A stretch of 61,962 nt of DNA, the filler included, from Streblomastix strix (Eukaryota): assembly GCA_008636045.1 (NCBI GenBank). It is 3 parts of 3 records of this genome, joined end to end, with 100 filler letters (N's around TTAATTAATTAA, not from the genome) between each part and the next. Parts side by side here need not be neighbours in the genome. Positions count along the whole stretch, not along the records: positions 20,700 to 41,288 come from SNRW01000426.1; positions 41,389 to 61,962 come from SNRW01000428.1; 1 more part is not named here. One strand, written 5' to 3'. The translations under genes were made by a program, and so were the position numbers. The notes under the pieces were generated by a model that was not told the DNA's origin, did no database searches, and worked only from the letters and a program-made list of their open reading frames with translations. Below are positions 28,340-41,549 of this stretch, in pieces. Position 1 is the first letter of the stretch. Each line of letters opens with the position of its first letter.

Positions 28340-30222
28340 TCATTATTCTTCTTTAATTGGATCCTCTTTGACTTCTGATGCACTTGGAGCTCCTGGTTCC
28401 TGAATGACCTTGTCCAGACCTGCTGTTGTAGGTTTGGTAGGATCTATAACTAACTTGTAGCTCTTCGGGAAATGCGTGTTCTCTAAAAAAATGATTAACA
28501 AATATTAACAATAAATAAGAAATCTTTCAATTTCATACTCTTCCTGCTGTTTGGATGTTTGTAAGTACAGTTACTGTTGGTGCACTATATACCATACATA
28601 CACATCGGTCTGTCTTCTTGTGTCTAATAATGAGCAAATGCACACTTCGGATTCTTGCACTAACTATCTTCACGACATGGTGGTCCATGGAAGAAAGTGC
28701 ACTCTTGATTTTAGCACAACTACTGACCATATCTGCATGGAACTGGGTGAATTGGCTGTGATCCTGATGCAATTTGATTGTTTTGTGGAATGAATGTATG
28801 CGGTTGTTGAGGTACAAATGTATTTATTGGCTAATTAAATCCTGTATTGTTATTCAATGGATCAAATAACATCTGTCTCTGATTTCTTCCTGGACTGGTA
28901 ATGTTCTGGTTCTTCAATTTGTTTGATTTCCTTCCCCTTTGGTTTGTAGCAAGGAAATTCCCCTATTATTACAGCAATTATTACTATTATATTTATTATT
29001 ACTATAATTAATTATTCTAAAACTAATTATTCTATTATTAACTATTCTAAAATTAATTATTCTATAACTAATTATTCTATATATTATCAAGGTTATTAAT
29101 TTGGTGTGTTATTGGTGACGCATTATTAAATTATGCAACTGTCAAAGATGGCAATTAAATAGGAATATGCTTCTGTGTATTAGTTGGAGTCAAAGGAATT
29201 GAATTTGGTTATTGGATATTAATATTAACTGGATTCTGAGCGTTTAATTGTGGAGTGAGTATTCCTTATGAAGCTGTAAAAGATTATTTGTTTTATTTTG
29301 CCTGTTTACGCAAAGCTGCTTTTGGATATGGTAAGAAAGACTATGGATTTGTGTTCTGAGGATATTGGATATCAAGTTTGGGCCTTTTCTGACCAAATTC
29401 ATTACTATCATTACCTGAATTAATATTATTATTGTTGTTGTTATTATTGTTGTGATTAATATTATTATTGTTATTGTTATTAGCATTGATATTGGCTTCA
29501 GCATTTTACTATTCCATCTCAGCACGTGTCCTCTTTTTAGGTTTAGGATCATTAAGTAAAGGATCCTAAGAACGATCTTTAGGGAGTATTATATTTGGAA
29601 TAACTTTATTCTATGGGTATATAATATTTGGTTACTTATTAGGAGAAGGAGGAGGTGATTAAGAATTATTTTATCTGAATTTTAATTTTCTTTTCTCTCT
29701 CTCTTCTGTGAATTGAGGATCAGCTGATGATTAATTGAGTAATACTAAGCGAGAAGGTTATTGTGGTTGTTGCTCATCATTTTGGATGTTCTATTGATCT
29801 AAACTACGGCCTTGATCTGTGCTTATATTCTGCTGTTCATTATCGCTTTCTTCATATTGGGGAACTTCATCATAGGCTATGGTTGTAGATTGAGCTTAAT
29901 TGGAGCTCTGAAAGTTGTCTAAATCGTTAATACGGACATCAAATAGCCAATCTACAAGTTCCTAGGAGGCTTCCTTTCCAAGCAGAGCTTCTAATTCTTC
30001 AATGTATTCTTTCTTTTCCTTTTGCATCTGCAACATCGTTATTATGATCTCCTGTGAAATAGGCATATTGCGTTAATTAAGTCAATAACGTATGTAAGTT
30101 ATCAAGAAATTATTACAAACCGAAATCCCATCCTCATCATTTTCCCCTAGGTCGTTCAGTTTGCCCTTAATGTCTTATTGGAGCTATTGCTTAGCCTCGT
30201 CGGAAAACTTCCGCTTTGACAT
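28340..30222 (-). CDS. Nab2/ZC3H14-like poly(A)-binding protein (PWI-like N-terminus, three CCCH fingers)
   Basis: IKGKLNDLG..IITMLQMQK..ELEALLG..LVDWL; fingers CRYGQQLCQNQECTFFH, CREDSQCKNPKCAFAH, CVYGIQCTNSNCTYKHP; two introns. Confidence 0.8.
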
Positions 30223-31266
30223 CTTCACGAAATAAAAAAACATTATAAAAAATAAATTTTAGTATAATTATTCGAGAAAATGTCTTTACTCGGCTTTAAA
30301 CTGTGTTTTATTTAAAATAAAATTAAACTTGTATTCTAGTTTGAATGAATATGTAAAATCGTTTCTTAAAATATGAACGTAAATAAATTTGTTTTCTAGT
30401 TAGCAGTTAAGGTTAATTATGGTAAAAAATATAATATTTAGGCAGAAAAACTAGTTTTTATTCTACAAGGCTATCTGTTTTGAATTAAGTATAAATTTAT
30501 ATTTAAAGATATAAATATTTGTATAAATCCTTAAATTTATAAGTCTAATCGTTGTAGCACTGTGCGTTGATGGAAATTCGGCCTCCAAAAGCAAGAAACT
30601 ATCGTACATTTTTTGCTATTTACAGGTATGTTTTATCATTAAATATTCATAAAATGGTATTTATTTTTGTATATGTTCAATATTTATCTCAATATATTCA
30701 TTCTATTATCATAGAAATCTCAAAATATTTCTTAAATGCAAAAAGCCCTAAAGACTCTCCTTAGATCAATATTTTATTCATTTTCTTTTAAATATAATAC
30801 AATATACCTTTACTTTACTAAAATTTAACATTGTCTGATAAATTATATGGTGATTTTCATCAAAAAAGTCCAGAAAATGAATAAAAGTTTGTGTATGGTT
30901 TGGTAAAATTTGAATTTGCAGAAAGTAGGAGATATAGCTAGTTAAATTAAATGTAGTACTAAGTAAATTAATACTATTAATAAATAATTTCAGCCAAACA
31001 ACGTTTGCCTAAAGCAGAATAGCAAAAATTAGAAAAATACTGATGATCTTTGCAAACACATGGAAAATTACATTTTTAATGATTTTATTATATTTCTTAA
31101 TCATAAAAATATCATATTAATTTTAATATTATGAATGTTAACACAATTTATATCAATTTTAAATCGATATTAAAATTTTTCATAAAAAAAGCTTATTAAC
31201 AATCTTTTAGCAATTTTCAAACTTAATTTCTACTTTATTTTCTTATAGAATCATAAAATATTCCTT

Positions 31267-31966
31267 ATGGAACCATAAATTCAGGAAGAAAATATGAAAG
31301 TTGGTCAGTGTTAAATTCAAGATGTTTCTGCAGATGGCGAAGTAAACGAACTGCAAAAGATACACCTGGAGCCTACAAGGAAAGAACAATTTACACCGGT
31401 CCCCAATGCTTTTCATATATACTTAAGTGCCATTCTTACATCATGGTATGGAGTGGATAAAGTTCTATTTCACTATACTCAAATATTTTACTCTGTTGAC
31501 TAGGGTAAAGCCATACTCTGCACGTCCTGGGTAGATACAGTTTGAGAATGGTTCGTCGCGTATTGAATTATCTCGTTGGGTTTGTGGAATTCAGGTACTA
31601 TCACGTGTTGATGATCTGAACTTACTTGTAGCAATGATATACCTTCAGAGATTGAGGTAATAGTATCCAGATCTTCCATTCGCAGAAATCAATGTTCATA
31701 GACTTTTCTTAACTAGCTTAATTCTAGCATCAAAATTCTATGATGATGTCACATTAACCAACAGAGGATGGAAGAAAGCAAGTGGTAATTGGTTTGAATT
31801 AGGATAGGTCAATAGTATGGAGAGAGAGTTATTAGGATTACTTGGATACAATCTGCGATGTTAGGGAGATGAATTATTGCAATTGATGGAACTGACATCA
31901 AACTTCATCCCAAATGGATTCACATTTGGGAGTCTCGCTGCTGCATTGAAGAAAGAGTGCTTATGA
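31267..31966 (+). CDS. Pho80/PCL (U-type) cyclin
   Basis: LVAMIYLQRL..NVHRLFLTSLILASKFYDD..TNRGW..VNSMERELLGLLGYNL; one intron; TGA 31964-31966. Confidence 0.9.
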
Positions 31967-32401
31967 GAGATCTTGTGAGAGGATAAAGGAAATTAAGATT
32001 TTTATTGATTTTCTTTTTACATAGTGTTTTTTTTTTCATTTATTATTTATTTTTCATCTTACGAAGTGTTGAATTACAATTCTATAACATTTTTCTTCTT
32101 ATAGCATTATAAATTGATTAAAACACATATTTTTATATTTTATGGTGAATATTTTATATTGTCGGATATACTATATTATCATCATTATTATTTATTTTAA
32201 TTATTTATTTTAAATGTCTTAAGTATGAAAAGTTTTATTATTTATAGTTTAATATTGATCACCAATATATTTATATCTTTAGATTAAGGTTGTAACGTCT
32301 TTATCATTATAATAATCTGAAATTATTAAATTATTTATTTTACTGTTAATATATGAATATAAGGATGCTCATATAAATATATTTGTTCTTTCTTTCTTTC
32401 T

Positions 32402-33791
32402 TCAAATTTATTTTATTATGTTTTAATCATCAATTACCTATAAATGATCATTGAAGAATGATTATGTCATACCAGACATTGAAGATTCACCCAATATTCG
32501 TCTTTCAGATCGACTTAAAAGGGGAAATGTAGTCATCATTAAATGATTGTGTAATAGTTTACCTGGAAGTCCATATTCTATACCAAGCGATTCAAGATCT
32601 TATAAAACTTCACAAGGTGGGTGACGAAACCCACCAAACAGGGCAGGGTTCTACAATAATCCACGTGCAGACATCAATCCATCTGCCTAATATATAAATT
32701 AACAAATATTAATTATATATTATAAATTATAAATAAGTTATCATTATTTCATCTCTTTAATTATTTATATATTTTTAATTATTTGCAAACTCCTGTAAGT
32801 CTTCTCATCTCTCTGCAGTCGTGAGGGGTGAAAATATCTCCATTAGCAACAACTGGAATATTTGCTTCGCTTTTAATCAATGCAATTGCAGCAGTAGAAA
32901 CTCGAGTACCACTACTGCTATCTTCCCTTCTTCTCCCATGAACTGTGATATAACTGGCTCCACCTGCCTCTACAGCATGTAGAACAGATAAGGTAGCATG
33001 CATATCAGCAAAGTTGTACATCTTATCTCCATCTTCAGCAAATGATATTTATCGAATATTAGGAATTCCATCTTTAATTTCATCTTAATCTTTTGTATCT
33101 TAAATAATTTCTTCTTTGTTTTGATATTCTTCGTCTTTTTTAATTTAATCATCCAATTTTTCAACTAAATTTTGATTTTAACATCTTTTCATATTCACTT
33201 CTCCAGCATTTCGTATAGTTTCTCTCTCCTTTGTACATAAACGGATCTTCACAGAGACATGAAGATTGGGAATATTAGATTTCACTGTTCTCACACATTC
33301 CTATATTAGTTCAGCGTGTCTGATCATCTCTGCACCAAGACAATCATCATTTGCCCACTTCTATGGGCAGCCACAATTTAGATCTACACATGCACAGTGA
33401 TTGGCCACAATTTCAGCAGATTTCATAAATTCAACAGGGTTATTAGCTGAATAAATTAAGAGAATGAACTTTATTTGTCTAAAAAAGTTAAATTTCAATA
33501 CATGCAAATTGTACTACTAATGGTTAATCTTCGCGTGATGTAGTAAAATCAGCATCGCGTGCACTTTTAGATTTGTAGAATCCTGACGCTATGAACATTG
33601 GTGAGTAAACCACGGATGTTCCCCATCTCAAGGTTAAGAGTCGGAAAGGTAATCTAGAATATCGTACCATAGGAGCTAGGAACTATAAACAATAAGAAGA
33701 ATTAAAGAGATATTTTCAGATTGAGCTTCAATAACAAATTTGAATATACTGTTACAACTGGTTTGTTCACGTTGAATATTTCTGACAGCAT
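32402..33791 (-). CDS. DUS4: tRNA-dihydrouridine synthase, DUS4-like
   Basis: APMVRYSRLPFR, PLVVQF, VDLNCGCPQKWA, ITVHGR, PVVANGDI, GADGLMSARGLLQNPALF; three introns. Confidence 0.88.
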
Positions 33792-34295
33792 TAAATTTTA
33801 CTAAAAAACTGTAAATAAAAAAAAATTTAGTGAATATTGGATGCTTTAATGAACATATTATATTATAATTAATTTTTGATTTTGAACGTTTATTTTAAAT
33901 AATGTGATCAATAAGTGTAAAAGTTAATATGTGTTGCGGAATTTAACTTTTTCTGTTTTATTCAGTTTTGCATTTGATTACGCTATACTATAAAATTTAC
34001 ATATTACAATTATTGTTTGGGTATAACTGATATACAATAATATTTAATTGATACCTGCTGGATGCACAATGAAAATTCGCAAAAATATTGGCATTGCGCA
34101 AGCAATCTGATATTTTACACATTATTGTCTATTTATTTATACATGATATGTTGTTTATATTATGAATTTTTATTTATATATGATTTTAAAACACTTACTA
34201 AGCTAAAAACTCTCAACAAAAATTACTTGATTAAATCTCAATTTTCGTGTAATATTGATTGTTGTTTATTATTGATATATTCAATAATTATAGAA

Positions 34296-35829
34296 ATGAA
34301 AAAGGACATCGAAATAGAAGAAGCTGATGAGTTTGATGAAGCTGAAGAAGGCGAGGAAGAACCAATTGCTGAACCTGATAGTCAGATTCTTCCTACACTT
34401 AGACGTGAAGGATGGTGCATAAGTCAAGTTGGATTTAAATTAATTGTGAAGGATTCTAAGCGTATTGATATTAACTCTGTATGGTTATACTTTTTATTTC
34501 ACATTTCATTTAAATTGTCACTATTTTGCACAGATCCGAGAAACATTATTCAACTCTGATCTTTCATCTATTGCAGAAAAAAGTGTATTACGGGAGATCA
34601 CAAAAACAGCAAAGAAAAGCACACAAATTCCAGGTCCTTTTATGATGCAAGTAATCCAAGTGCGAAACATCTGCTAAGCAACCTACTCACATTCAGATTC
34701 ACCATATCTATTAATGGTTACATTATCTGATGGGTTCTCAGAGATAAAAGGAATTGTATCTAAGCAGCACATTGCAGGACTGGATTTAGAGTCACCTGGT
34801 GGATTGAAGATTGAATTGAAGAGTGTTTAGTTGAGGAATAATATTCTTCTTCTTAATCCATCTTGTGTGAGAGTATTGGGTGGAAGAGTTGTTGGATTGG
34901 ACAGATCTGGAGAAATAATAAGAGCTGGAGATTAGAAAGATAAAATCCGCCCTCTATTTGAGCCATTCAAAATTAAGCCTAAAGAGAAGACTACTGTTTC
35001 ATCAAAGAATTTAATGAGGTTTTAAAGTTCAAGCCAAGATAGTTAAATTCAACCTCAACAAGAGAAAGATAAAATTCAGCCTCTTTAAGAGAAAGATAAA
35101 ATTCAACCACCTTCAGAGCCAATCAAAAAAGCTGAAATATAACCAGTATAAACAACCCCATAAATATAAACATAGTAAATATATAAGCCTTATGAAGGAT
35201 CAGAAAGACCTAAAACAGCGACTCCATATCAATCAAAAAGGGGATAGAGAGGAGATCATCAAAATGAAACAGATTAAAGAGGATAAAATTAAAATTCTTT
35301 CTCTTCTTATGTACCTGGATCATCATCATCTTCTTCTTCATATGTACCTGGATCATCATCATCTTCTTCTTCATATGTACCTGGATCATCATCTTCTTCT
35401 TCTTCTTCAACATCATCATCTTCATATGTTCCAGGATTAACTTAATCATCCTCTTCTTCTGCATCATCTATTTTATCAATTCCATCTGCTCCTTAATCTC
35501 AATCCAATTCATCATATCGTCCATAAACAGCATCAGCTTCAACTTCTTATTAGACAAACCAATCATTTACATAATCACAATCACTGAATCATCGTCCATA
35601 ATCGTAACAAATGAATGAATAGGATAATTCAAGTAATTAATGGAATGGGAAAAGAGGAAGGGGCAGAGGTGGGTGGAGAGGAGGTGGTCATAGAGGTGGA
35701 AGAGGTAATCAAGGCAGTTGGAATAACTCATCAAGCAGTTCTTAATATTCCTAGCAGTCGCAAGCTTCGCAACCAGCACCTAGTGCTCCTTTATTTTCTG
35801 CAGATGATTTCCCTTCTCTCAAAAGATGA
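34296..35829 (+). CDS. TDRD3/RMI1-type OB-fold protein with RGG-rich tail
   Basis: EGWCIS..LFNSDL..GPFMMQV..LSDG..PGGLKI..LLLNP..VLGGRV; later RGRGRGGWRGGGHRGGRG; ends FSADDFPSLKR-TGA; one intron. Confidence 0.75.
35308..35436 (+). repeat. Coding repeat of YVPG followed by poly-Ser, four copies
   Basis: tatgtacctggatcatcatc.. three times plus tatgttccagga. Confidence 0.9.
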
Positions 35830-36265
35830 CAATAAATAAGATAATTAATTTAAATATAACCCAACCAAAAAATATATTTCAATTTATAATTTAAAAAAAA
35901 TTCTCCAAATTTTCAGGAACATTTTAACGTGATTTGTCATTATTTATATCTATATTGATGTAAGTACGATATTTTTCCAATATAAAATATTCAAATTCAG
36001 TTTTAAAGTCACTTACTGAGTTAAAAACAAATTTTAAAAAAAAACTAAAAATATATCGCTCACAAGGAATATTATTACTCACTAACAAAAATTATCTTAT
36101 TTAAATGTTATTATAATTAAAATTCATATAATATTTAATATAGGCAAGATTATTTGAATAATAAACTCGAAATTAACTGATTTAATTTTGTAATTTTTGA
36201 TTATCCTCAAAATAAATGAATAAAATATTGTTTTATTTATTATTAAACTTATATAATTTAGTAAG

Positions 36266-39200
36266 ATGGATTTAATTCATATTAATGATTCAAAATAAAT
36301 GAATTTTAAAGAATTCAAAAAATTTCTTTAGAATAATTAGAATATTCTTCGGTAATATGGCTACATTGTATGTCAATTTTTGTTAAATTAGTAATTAACA
36401 TTTATTTTAATTTTAATGTCAATATTGCCGTCAGCCGATCCGTCCTCTTGGTATAATTCATTTTTTTATATATTAATTGTCATATATTATTTCATTTTCA
36501 GGGCATGGATCTTTTGGAAGGTTGACTTTATTCCTTTATTAACATTATATATCAATGTAACTTACTAATTATTCTTAATTATATTATTATAGTGTCTTTT
36601 TGTCATACAACTTCAGAGAAAATTAAATAATTGCTACAAAAATTATTCCTTCAAAAAAGTTTGAACTTGGCGAATGGAAATCGGTTGACATTCTTTGGAG
36701 GTATATTCAATTCTTGCATTTTAATTTATTTTTAATTTCATTAATTTTAACAGAGTTGATCAATCATGTCCATTCTTGCTTAATTATATCAGACATTATC
36801 ATTAAGGATCGTGCATATTTATTCACACTGATTTTGCTAATATGAAAGTTTTTATTTTTGTGATAAATTGAAAATTAATTATTTATTTTCTATCTTAGAC
36901 ATTAAATATCATTGTAAAACAATAGAAAAACCCACCTATTCCACTTCCTTCGTACATATTCAGAGCATTATTCAAATAAATCCGTTTGAGAAATTATTTT
37001 TATTCACAATTTTCATTTTCTTTTCTTTGTAGTTGTAGGATTGTAAATATTTCATGCTGCTGGACTTGTTCATAGGTATGTTATATCAATATTAGATTTG
37101 TTTCATAGATAGTTACAAATTCTTTTTGATTAATTAGGGATATAAAATGTGATAACATTCTTTTACATTGCCCTCCAGGATCTGGTCATGTCTATGCCAA
37201 GATTTCTGACTTTGGTTTCTCAAATTTGGAAACAACGTTGGATCCATTGAAATATTTTCGTGGGACTCTTCCTTATATGGTATGCAAAAAAATTATAAAA
37301 ATGAATTAAGTAGAAATAAAAAAACGAATTTTAATTAGATTTATTAATAATATTTTTCTTATCATTTTGATAAAATTAATGTAAATGTATTTATTTAATC
37401 TTATAATTTAGGCTCCTGAGATCTTAAGAAAACCACCAGAGAGAATAACCCAGAAAGTTGATATCTTTGCATTAGGCATTACTATGATTCGTCTTCTCAC
37501 ACATAAATATCCACTGAATTTAACAAAAATTGATGAATTTCGAAGGTATGTTTCTTTGTTCAAAATATTTTAATCATAGTTAAATGCTATTCTTATTGTT
37601 AATATAGAAAATATTAGGAAATCAATATGATTGAACTTCCATCAGAAATAAATGATAATCTTCTACATGATCTTTTAACTTAAATGCTTGAATTTAATCC
37701 TAACAAAAGAATTTCAGTATCAGATGCCCTCAAACATCCATACTTTACTAGTCCTGAAGCTTTAGCTGATATTTCACCCAAATAACAGGAATTGGCTGAT
37801 GATGCAAAATAAAAAGCAATTCTTGGAATTTAGATTTTCACAGAATTCGATATGGATCCAACACTTGTAGTTCCTGACCATGAGATTTAAAAATTTTTGG
37901 AAGATGAAATAAATAATAGTCAGAAAATATAGATAACACGTTAATTATAATAAGATGGAGAAATTACAAACTTGAGTTCTTCATAATAGTATAATGATTA
38001 AACTATTTAATAATAAACTATTACCCATTCCCATTCTCCATCTAACACAGTTTAGGACTAATTACAAAAAGCTGATCATATTTAGGATAATAATGTAGAA
38101 TATGAAAATATTTATGAAAATTAACCTACTTCTAATACAATTTAGGACTAATTACAAAAAGCTGATCATTTTTAGGATAATAATGAAGAGAATGTAAATA
38201 TTATAAAAAATTAACCTCCTAAAGAAGATACTTGTAAATAAAAAGGAAAATAAGATGAAGAAACTTAGAGATAAAAATAAAATAAATTACAATAAGAACT
38301 TCCAGATTTCAATAAAGCAGTTTATCCATCTGATTCAAATTACACAGAAAAAGAAAGCAGGATTCTGACTTCAATATCTTTCATTGCAACAGAATATCAA
38401 TTAGAAATAGAAAAATAACTTCGTGAATTGAATAAGCCACTCGAGGAAATCACGATGTAGTTGGATAGTTTTGATACTTTACAATTAATTTAGAAGGAAA
38501 TTATTTGTGCAAATATCATTAATTTATCTAAAAGAGATAAAGAATAGTAAGAAAATGCATGCAAACTTGAAATATTTTAGAAGATAATGATGATTATGAA
38601 TAAAATGACAGTTAAAGAAATAAGTAGGATCTACTTTTAAGTTATTCTTGTGATTATTTAAATCAAATCAGATGATTAAGAAATAAAGTAATAAATGAAT
38701 AATATAATCTCAAAGATGAAGAAATGCCTAGATGAACCCAATGACGATGATTCATTTTTCTCTGCAGTTGGTAACATATTCAGATATGTTATTGTCAAAG
38801 GTACACTTAATGTTAACGATGGAGAATAAAATCCAGTTAAAGAAGAATTTGATTGAGATAGAATTGTAGATAAACTTGTGGATATCTATCGAAATGATAA
38901 GTATATAGACAAAAGAATCAATCAATTTGCTGCAGTTGCAATTGGAAGTCTTTGCAAAGCAATTTAGATAGATTAATGGTATGGCCCAGAGATAATCAAG
39001 TTCCTCAAGGAATAAGCTAATCCAGAAAATACATTTCCCATATCTAGATCCATCCTTGCACTTTCGTAGTTAGCAGAATGTCAATGTTTGTTAGAATATA
39101 AATGATTGATAAATATAATTATATTAATAATATTTCGATATTTCACTATTTATTAAATTATAATTGATAATTTTTTTTAATATTACATAAAAGAAAATCA

Positions 39201-39675
39201 CTGATACATTCTTGATGAAGGATTTCTTGCAGACTAAATTCAGAAACTATAAGATAAAAGAAAAAATTTCATAATTTATAGGCTTTAACTTCTCTATAAA
39301 CTCTTTAATCATGGAACAATTGAAACTAAATAATAATTCATATAGTTGAAATTGATTGACAATCTCTAATAACATATTAATTCACCTAATTAAAACATAT
39401 CATCTGAAGCATTGAAATTATATTAGCTTTTAGGAAATGAATAATAATAAATAAATAATGAATAAAATAAGTTATTGGATCAAGAGAAAGAATAATAAGT
39501 AGAAAAAAAATAAGTATAAAAATTAGAAAAAATGAAAGATATAGATAATTATGAATAAAAATAGGATGATTCAAATGAATAGACAAAAGAATAAATTAAT
39601 GAAAATGAGAAAGAGAACAACATATAAAATGAGATTAATAAAGAGATAAATTAAAAGGAAAGAAAAAATGAATGA
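36266..39675 (+). CDS. Ser/Thr protein kinase with ARM-like C-terminal region; one in-frame TGA in last exon
   Basis: LGHGSFGSV, IATK, HRDIKCDN, DFG, GTLPYMAPE, DIFALG, KRIS..ALKHPYF; TGA at 39202-39204 followed by 156 open codons to TGA 39673-39675. Confidence 0.85.
38041..38220 (+). repeat. 90-bp in-frame tandem duplication in kinase linker
   Basis: 38041-38130 and 38131-38220 share tttaggactaattacaaaaagctgatcat..ttaggataataatg..aaaattaacct. Confidence 0.9.
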
Positions 39676-39929
39676 GGAAGAATAACTCAAGGAAAGTGAA
39701 GGCTTTCAAATTCTACCTTTCCATATTTTTTACATATCAAAATCATAATTAATAGAAATTGATAAAAGGATGAAATTTAATTCATTTCAAATAAATGAAG
39801 TATATTGGTTTTACTTTATTCACGTTTATATTATTAGCATAACAAGTGTAATTATAAATATATTAACTCATTCATTATTTTTTAATTTTAAGAATTTTTT
39901 ACCTTTAAAAAAACTTTTATTATTTCCTT

Positions 39930-41288
39930 AATGATGTTATTCCATAATATTAAATTTCGTAGAAAACTTTTACGCTTGATATTTTTATAAAGTTTTACAA
40001 ACTGATCCAACGTGTAAAAAGATTTAAGAATTTATCAATCATCAATGATAAATTAGTGATGAAATAAATTATAATTCAGGTGTAAATTTTGATAAACAAT
40101 TATTTGCTTACTTCTATAGAATTAAAGGTAAACACTAAATATTGGAATATATGTACAATGATAAGACAAAGAAATATCAGTCACTTAATAAATATTTATA
40201 AGATTATTAGGGTTTTAATGTCTCTAATGAAATTACTAAATTTACTGATACTTTTATTCTTATGATTAACAAATACACTTATCATGAAGAGTTAGAAAGA
40301 AAAACAGGTCAATATAGGCTATTTAATTCATAAGGTCAATTCTATAATAAATCAATGATTTTAGACTTATTAATCATTAGTGAATGAAAAAAGTAACATC
40401 TAATGTATGTGCTTAATGTAGGTAAATTAAACGAAGTTCTTAGATATCTTTATTGTTATAATAATATTTCAATATAATCAAAGAATTACAAGAAAGGAAA
40501 TGAATATTTCAGATCTCATATAGAAAAATTTAAATCATCAACACAAGAACTATCATTTTATTTGGATGATGTTTCAATATCAATTTGTCACCCAATAATA
40601 AATCAGCCAATATTTTAATATTTAATAACTTATGGAATAATAGACTAATTTAATGTATAATGAAGATTTATTATTTATAATTCTGAATCTATACGTGATA
40701 AAATTTTGTAAAGTTGAATATATTTAACAATATTTTTATCAAAATTATATAAATTTCATCTAATATCAACTTAAGTATATCCAAAAATAGTAAAACATAT
40801 AAAACCAAAAAAAAATACGCATTATTTAATGAATTATTTAACGACTATTAGTACAAACAAAAGAAATATAACTTATAAAAAAATTTATCTATTGTTCATC
40901 TATGGCTTGCAGTGGCATTCGAATCAGCAGAAAAAATATATAAGAAATATAGTATCCAAATATCCTTTTAAACAAATGTATTAAAGTTCTACGATAGAAT
41001 CGTTCTAGATTCGATATTGTTCTGTTATAAGATACCTTAAATTGTGAACTCAGGATAATGGGTGTGCCTATTGGTGATCTCAATAATACTAAATCTATTA
41101 CAGTAACGTATAAGAAGTCATATATGAAATTATAATTTATTGATGCGTAGAGTTTATTTGGACCATTAGCATTAAAAGCATACGTAAAAAATTATGATGA
41201 TAAATTATCCCAGGAAAATAAATACATTTTCCTTATAAATGTAATAATACAAAGAATTGGAAAGAAGAATTATTGTAAGCGGAACCTT
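39930..41288 (+). pseudogene. Decayed protein-primed family B DNA polymerase fragment (Polinton/Maverick-like)
   Basis: Intronless, frameshifted; IKVLRQNRSRFDIVL (ExoII-like, 40980-41024), LQFIDAQSLFGP, KYIF-P-Y across a frameshift; cut by contig end; start approximate. Confidence 0.55.
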
Positions 41289-41388
41289 NNNNNNNNNNNN
41301 NNNNNNNNNNNNNNNNNNNNNNNNNNNNNNNNTTAATTAATTAANNNNNNNNNNNNNNNNNNNNNNNNNNNNNNNNNNNNNNNNNNNN
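41289..41388. other. Artificial contig linker (N run with TTAATTAATTAA)
   Basis: Same 100-nt spacer; cassette at 41333-41344. Confidence 0.97.
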
Positions 41389-41549
41389 TATACTAACTAT
41401 TTAACATTATTATTTTATTTAATAATGAAAGATCAAACTATAACTACTTTTTGTTTTTTTAAGATAAATAAATTCGGAGTTTTTTTCCGTTTACACAACA
41501 GAAATTGTAATATTTTTCATTAAATTACATTTTTTGAATTTCCAGCAAG

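Noticed and set aside
30440..31050. Possible small spliced plus-strand gene upstream of the cyclin
   Set aside because: Has splice-like sites but I could not build a consistent frame or recognise a product.
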